Below, in pieces: positions 61,918 through 64,000 of a stretch of DNA of 64,000 nt. The position numbers and the translations under genes were made by a program. The first letter of the stretch is position 1, and the number at the start of each line of letters is the position of its first letter. This DNA is from Clostridia bacterium (GTDB taxonomy: Bacteria > Bacillota > Clostridia > UMGS1883 > UMGS1540): positions 864 through 64,863 of the forward strand of contig JAZNUV010000040.1 in assembly GCA_045592445.1 (NCBI GenBank), given 5' to 3'. The notes under the pieces were generated by a model. That model did no database searches. It was given only the letters and a program-made list of their open reading frames with translations, and was not told where the DNA came from.

Positions 61918-62439
61918 ATGAAAAATACAAGAAAAACAATAATGGCAGCATTGTTTGCTGCACTTTGCTGTGTATCAACTATTGCTATTGTGATTCCTTC
62001 TCCTATGGATGGATATGTTAATCTTGGCGATTGCTTTGTTCTTTTATCAGGTTGGTTTCTTGGTCCTTTATACGGCGGTCTTGCCGCAGGAATTGGTTCA
62101 TTCTTGTCAGATGTGTTTACAGGTTATTTGCATTATGCGCCCGCCACACTGATTATAAAAGGCTTGATGGGCATTTTGGCAGCTTCTTTATATCGGTTGT
62201 TTCATCGGCTCTTGCACCTTCACAAAAAAAATATCTATGCTGTTTTTTTAAGCGCATTTTTGAGTGAGTGTTTTATGGTTTTCGGTTATTTTTTGTATGC
62301 TGCACTTCTTTTAGGAAATGGATTGGCGGCTACGGCAAGCATTCCCGGCAATCTCATGCAGGGTACAATCGGAATCATTGCATCTCTCCTTTTATTCAGT
62401 GCAATCAAAAATATATTTCCCTCTGATTTTACAAAATGA
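61918..62439 (+). CDS. ECF transporter S component (substrate-capture subunit, specificity unknown)
   Basis: Five to six TM helices with ECF-S pattern (LGDCFVLLSGWFLGPLYGGLAAGIGSFLSDV...ATLIIKG). ATG 61918 with GAAGGTG RBS; the track's GTG extension is trimmed. Confidence 0.7.
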   Translation: MKNTRKTIMAALFAALCCVSTIAIVIPSPMDGYVNLGDCFVLLSGWFLGPLYGGLAAGIGSFLSDVFTGYLHYAPATLIIKGLMGILAASLYRLFHRLLHLHKKNIYAVFLSAFLSECFMVFGYFLYAALLLGNGLAATASIPGNLMQGTIGIIASLLLFSAIKNIFPSDFTK

Positions 62440-62445
62440 AAATAG

Positions 62446-62499
62446 CGGATACATAAACTGTATCCGCTCAGCGTGTCGATAAAGTCTCGACACGCTGAG
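62446..62499 (+). terminator. tandem hairpins downstream of the ECF-S gene (25-nt palindrome plus 14-bp hairpin)
   Basis: AGCGGATACA-TAAAC-TGTATCCGCT followed directly by GCTCAGCGTGTCGA-TAAAGTC-TCGACACGCTGAGC; the T-tract is displaced by about 20 nt. Confidence 0.4.
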
Positions 62500-62642
62500 C
62501 GAGACATCGAAAAACGCAGTTATATTTTTTGATATACAGAATGGAAAAATCCATTCCCTGCAAAATTGTGGTTATGATGACTTTTCTTGCGGTAGAACAA
62601 GTTTTTCGACAGTCTTAGCGGATACATAAACTGTATCCGCTA
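62446..62642. repeat. pair of identical 25-nt perfect palindromes flanking a structured 150-nt spacer
   Basis: Copies at 62446..62470 and 62618..62642. Long-range complementarity TCGAAAAAC (62511..62519) / GTTTTTCGA (62601..62609). Confidence 0.7.
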
Positions 62643-62650
62643 TTTTTATG
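62618..62650 (+). terminator. second copy of the 25-nt palindrome followed by a T-tract
   Basis: Identical AGCGGATACATAAACTGTATCCGCT followed by ATTTTTATG. Confidence 0.5.
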
Positions 62651-62662
62651 CTACCTGTATTT

Positions 62663-62911
62663 TTAATCTTCTCCTATGATTTCATACATAGAAGATGCCG
62701 ATTCCTTGGTCACATGTTCCGAAAGCGCTAACACACGAACACAAACCTTTTTCTCTCCAAAACCAATTTCAACAATATCACCGATTTTGACGTCAGCACC
62801 TGCCTTTACAGGCTTCCCGCCTATGTGGACGCGACCTTGTGCACACGCTTCGTTTGCGACGGTGCGACGCTTTATCAATCTCGATACCTTTAAAAATTTA
62901 TCAATTCGCAT
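62663..62911 (-). CDS. S4-domain RNA-binding protein (Hsp15/YabO-like)
   Basis: 82 aa; MRIDKFLKVSRLIKRRTVANEACAQGRVHIGGKPVKAG is a canonical S4 fold signature. Confidence 0.8.
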   Translation of the reverse strand: MRIDKFLKVSRLIKRRTVANEACAQGRVHIGGKPVKAGADVKIGDIVEIGFGEKKVCVRVLALSEHVTKESASSMYEIIGED

Positions 62912-62919
62912 GTCCTCAC

Positions 62920-64000
62920 CTATGCTTCAATGCCAAGCAGTGTATTCACATTCTCTGCTATAGCCGAAATTTTTGCCTCTAAATTGCCGCGTGCAACACC
63001 TGCGTACACCTTGAATTTCGGTTCCGTTCCTGACGGACGAAATGCAATCCAGCTTTTATCCTCAAGTTCAAAGCGCAGCACATTCGATTTTGGAAACTCC
63101 ACAACTTTTTCTGTCCCCGAAACTAAATCAAACCGCTTTCCAACACTGTAATCCGTGTAGGCAACAACACGCGACCAGCCAATTACATCCGGTATGTTAT
63201 CTCTAAGGTTTGCCATCAAATTTTGTATTTTTTCAATACCGTCTACGCCTTCAAAATAAATATTATTTGTCCATTCTTTGTGAATGCCATACTTTGCATA
63301 AAGTTCCCGCATAACGTCGCAAAGTGACATATCACGCGTTTGGTACCATGCCGCCATTTCAGCAATCAAAAGAGAAGCAGAAACAGCATCCTTATCTCGC
63401 GTATAGCTCCCCACGAGATATCCATAACTCTCCTCAAAGCCAAACACATAATTTGCGTCACCTTTTTCCTCGTGGTTCTTTATGGTGTCAGCTATATACT
63501 TAAAACCAGTCAAAACGTCAATGAGCTCCACACCATAATAATCTGTTACAGCACGGACCATTTCAGAGGTTACCACAGTTTTAATGACATAGGGATTTTC
63601 AGGCAAAAGACCGAGAACTGTTTTTTGTGAGAGAATATACTCCGTCAAAAGTACACCCGTCATATTTCCTGTCAAAGCAACAAAAGTGCCATCCTTCTCG
63701 CGTGCCAAAACACCAACGCGGTCCGAATCAGGGTCTGTTCCAATAATCAGGTCCGCATCAACCTTATTTGCAAGTTCAATTGCCAACGCAAATCCTTCTT
63801 TATTTTCGGGATTCGGGCTCTTAACTGTTGGGAAGGCGCCGTCCGGTTGCTCTTGTTCAGCGACAACATAAACTTTTTTAAATCCGGCGCGATGTAAAAT
63901 TTCTTTTACAGGAACAGCGCCCGCACCATGAAATGGTGTGTAAACGATTTTAAGTTCTGCTGCTGTTTTATGCAGGTCTTTATGGATTTGTTGCGAAAGA
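62920..64000 (-). CDS. phosphoglucomutase/phosphomannomutase family protein (C-terminal about 360 aa; gene continues beyond window end)
   Basis: Track ORF starts at an internal TTG. Hand translation upstream continues without a stop (…KIVYTPFHGAGAVPVKEILHRAGF…SPNPENKEGFALAIELANKVDADLIIGTDPDSDRVG), which is the PGM domain II/III signature. Confidence 0.8.
   Translation of the reverse strand, partial: LSQQIHKDLHKTAAELKIVYTPFHGAGAVPVKEILHRAGFKKVYVVAEQEQPDGAFPTVKSPNPENKEGFALAIELANKVDADLIIGTDPDSDRVGVLAREKDGTFVALTGNMTGVLLTEYILSQKTVLGLLPENPYVIKTVVTSEMVRAVTDYYGVELIDVLTGFKYIADTIKNHEEKGDANYVFGFEESYGYLVGSYTRDKDAVSASLLIAEMAAWYQTRDMSLCDVMRELYAKYGIHKEWTNNIYFEGVDGIEKIQNLMANLRDNIPDVIGWSRVVAYTDYSVGKRFDLVSGTEKVVEFPKSNVLRFELEDKSWIAFRPSGTEPKFKVYAGVARGNLEAKISAIAENVNTLLGIEA

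Noticed and set aside
62286-62507. 73-aa minus-strand ORF across the palindromic island
   Set aside because: It has no RBS, and its frame is created by the hairpin sequences themselves; it is not coding.

Overview
This 64-kb window is a core chromosomal segment of a low-GC, spore-forming Firmicute of the Clostridia type. spoIIR, CotF-family coat genes, a DUF1540 gene and DUF512-der-plsY-gpsA synteny support that placement. It is almost entirely coding, and I called 65 protein genes. No rRNA or tRNA gene, CRISPR array, transposase or integrase was seen. All starts and boundaries below were hand-trimmed from the supplied ORF track; no homology or structure tool was run.

Main gene content:
- A conserved division and translation block on the minus strand: yggS-sepF-divIVA-ileS-lspA-rluD, then miaA, comFC, recD2 and metK.
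- gatCAB and thrC.
- A long co-directional minus-strand array with very small intergenic gaps: pgi-ispF-ispD-carD-ung-HAD-rsmE-prmA-trxA.
- A plus-strand block: secG, a compact RNase R (rnr), smpB, DUF512, der, plsY and gpsA.
- fba, then ddl and murI, then ligA, a ttcA-like gene, galU, ispE and spoIIR.
- serA and serC, then lexA, mecA, a yerC-like gene, and a phospho-sugar mutase that runs off the window end.

The ORF track translates GTG and TTG starts as M. Several listed N-termini are therefore artificial extensions, and I trimmed them to ATG starts with ribosome-binding sites.

The most unusual content:
- A roughly 2,413-aa multidomain gene (38570..45811) resembling cyclic beta-1,2-glucan synthases of Gram-negative bacteria. 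It is followed directly by two CotF-family spore coat genes.
- A 220-bp non-coding island (62440..62662) built from a duplicated 25-nt perfect palindrome, a 14-bp hairpin and a long-range closing stem. A related hairpin sits downstream of gatB.
- A 135-aa P-loop mini-protein inside the thrC-pgi array.
- A secreted protein with tandem copper-amine-oxidase-N-like repeats next to a membrane-anchored VanW protein.
- Canonical leader RNAs (metK SAM riboswitch, ileS T-box) and a Cheo-type LexA box are absent.
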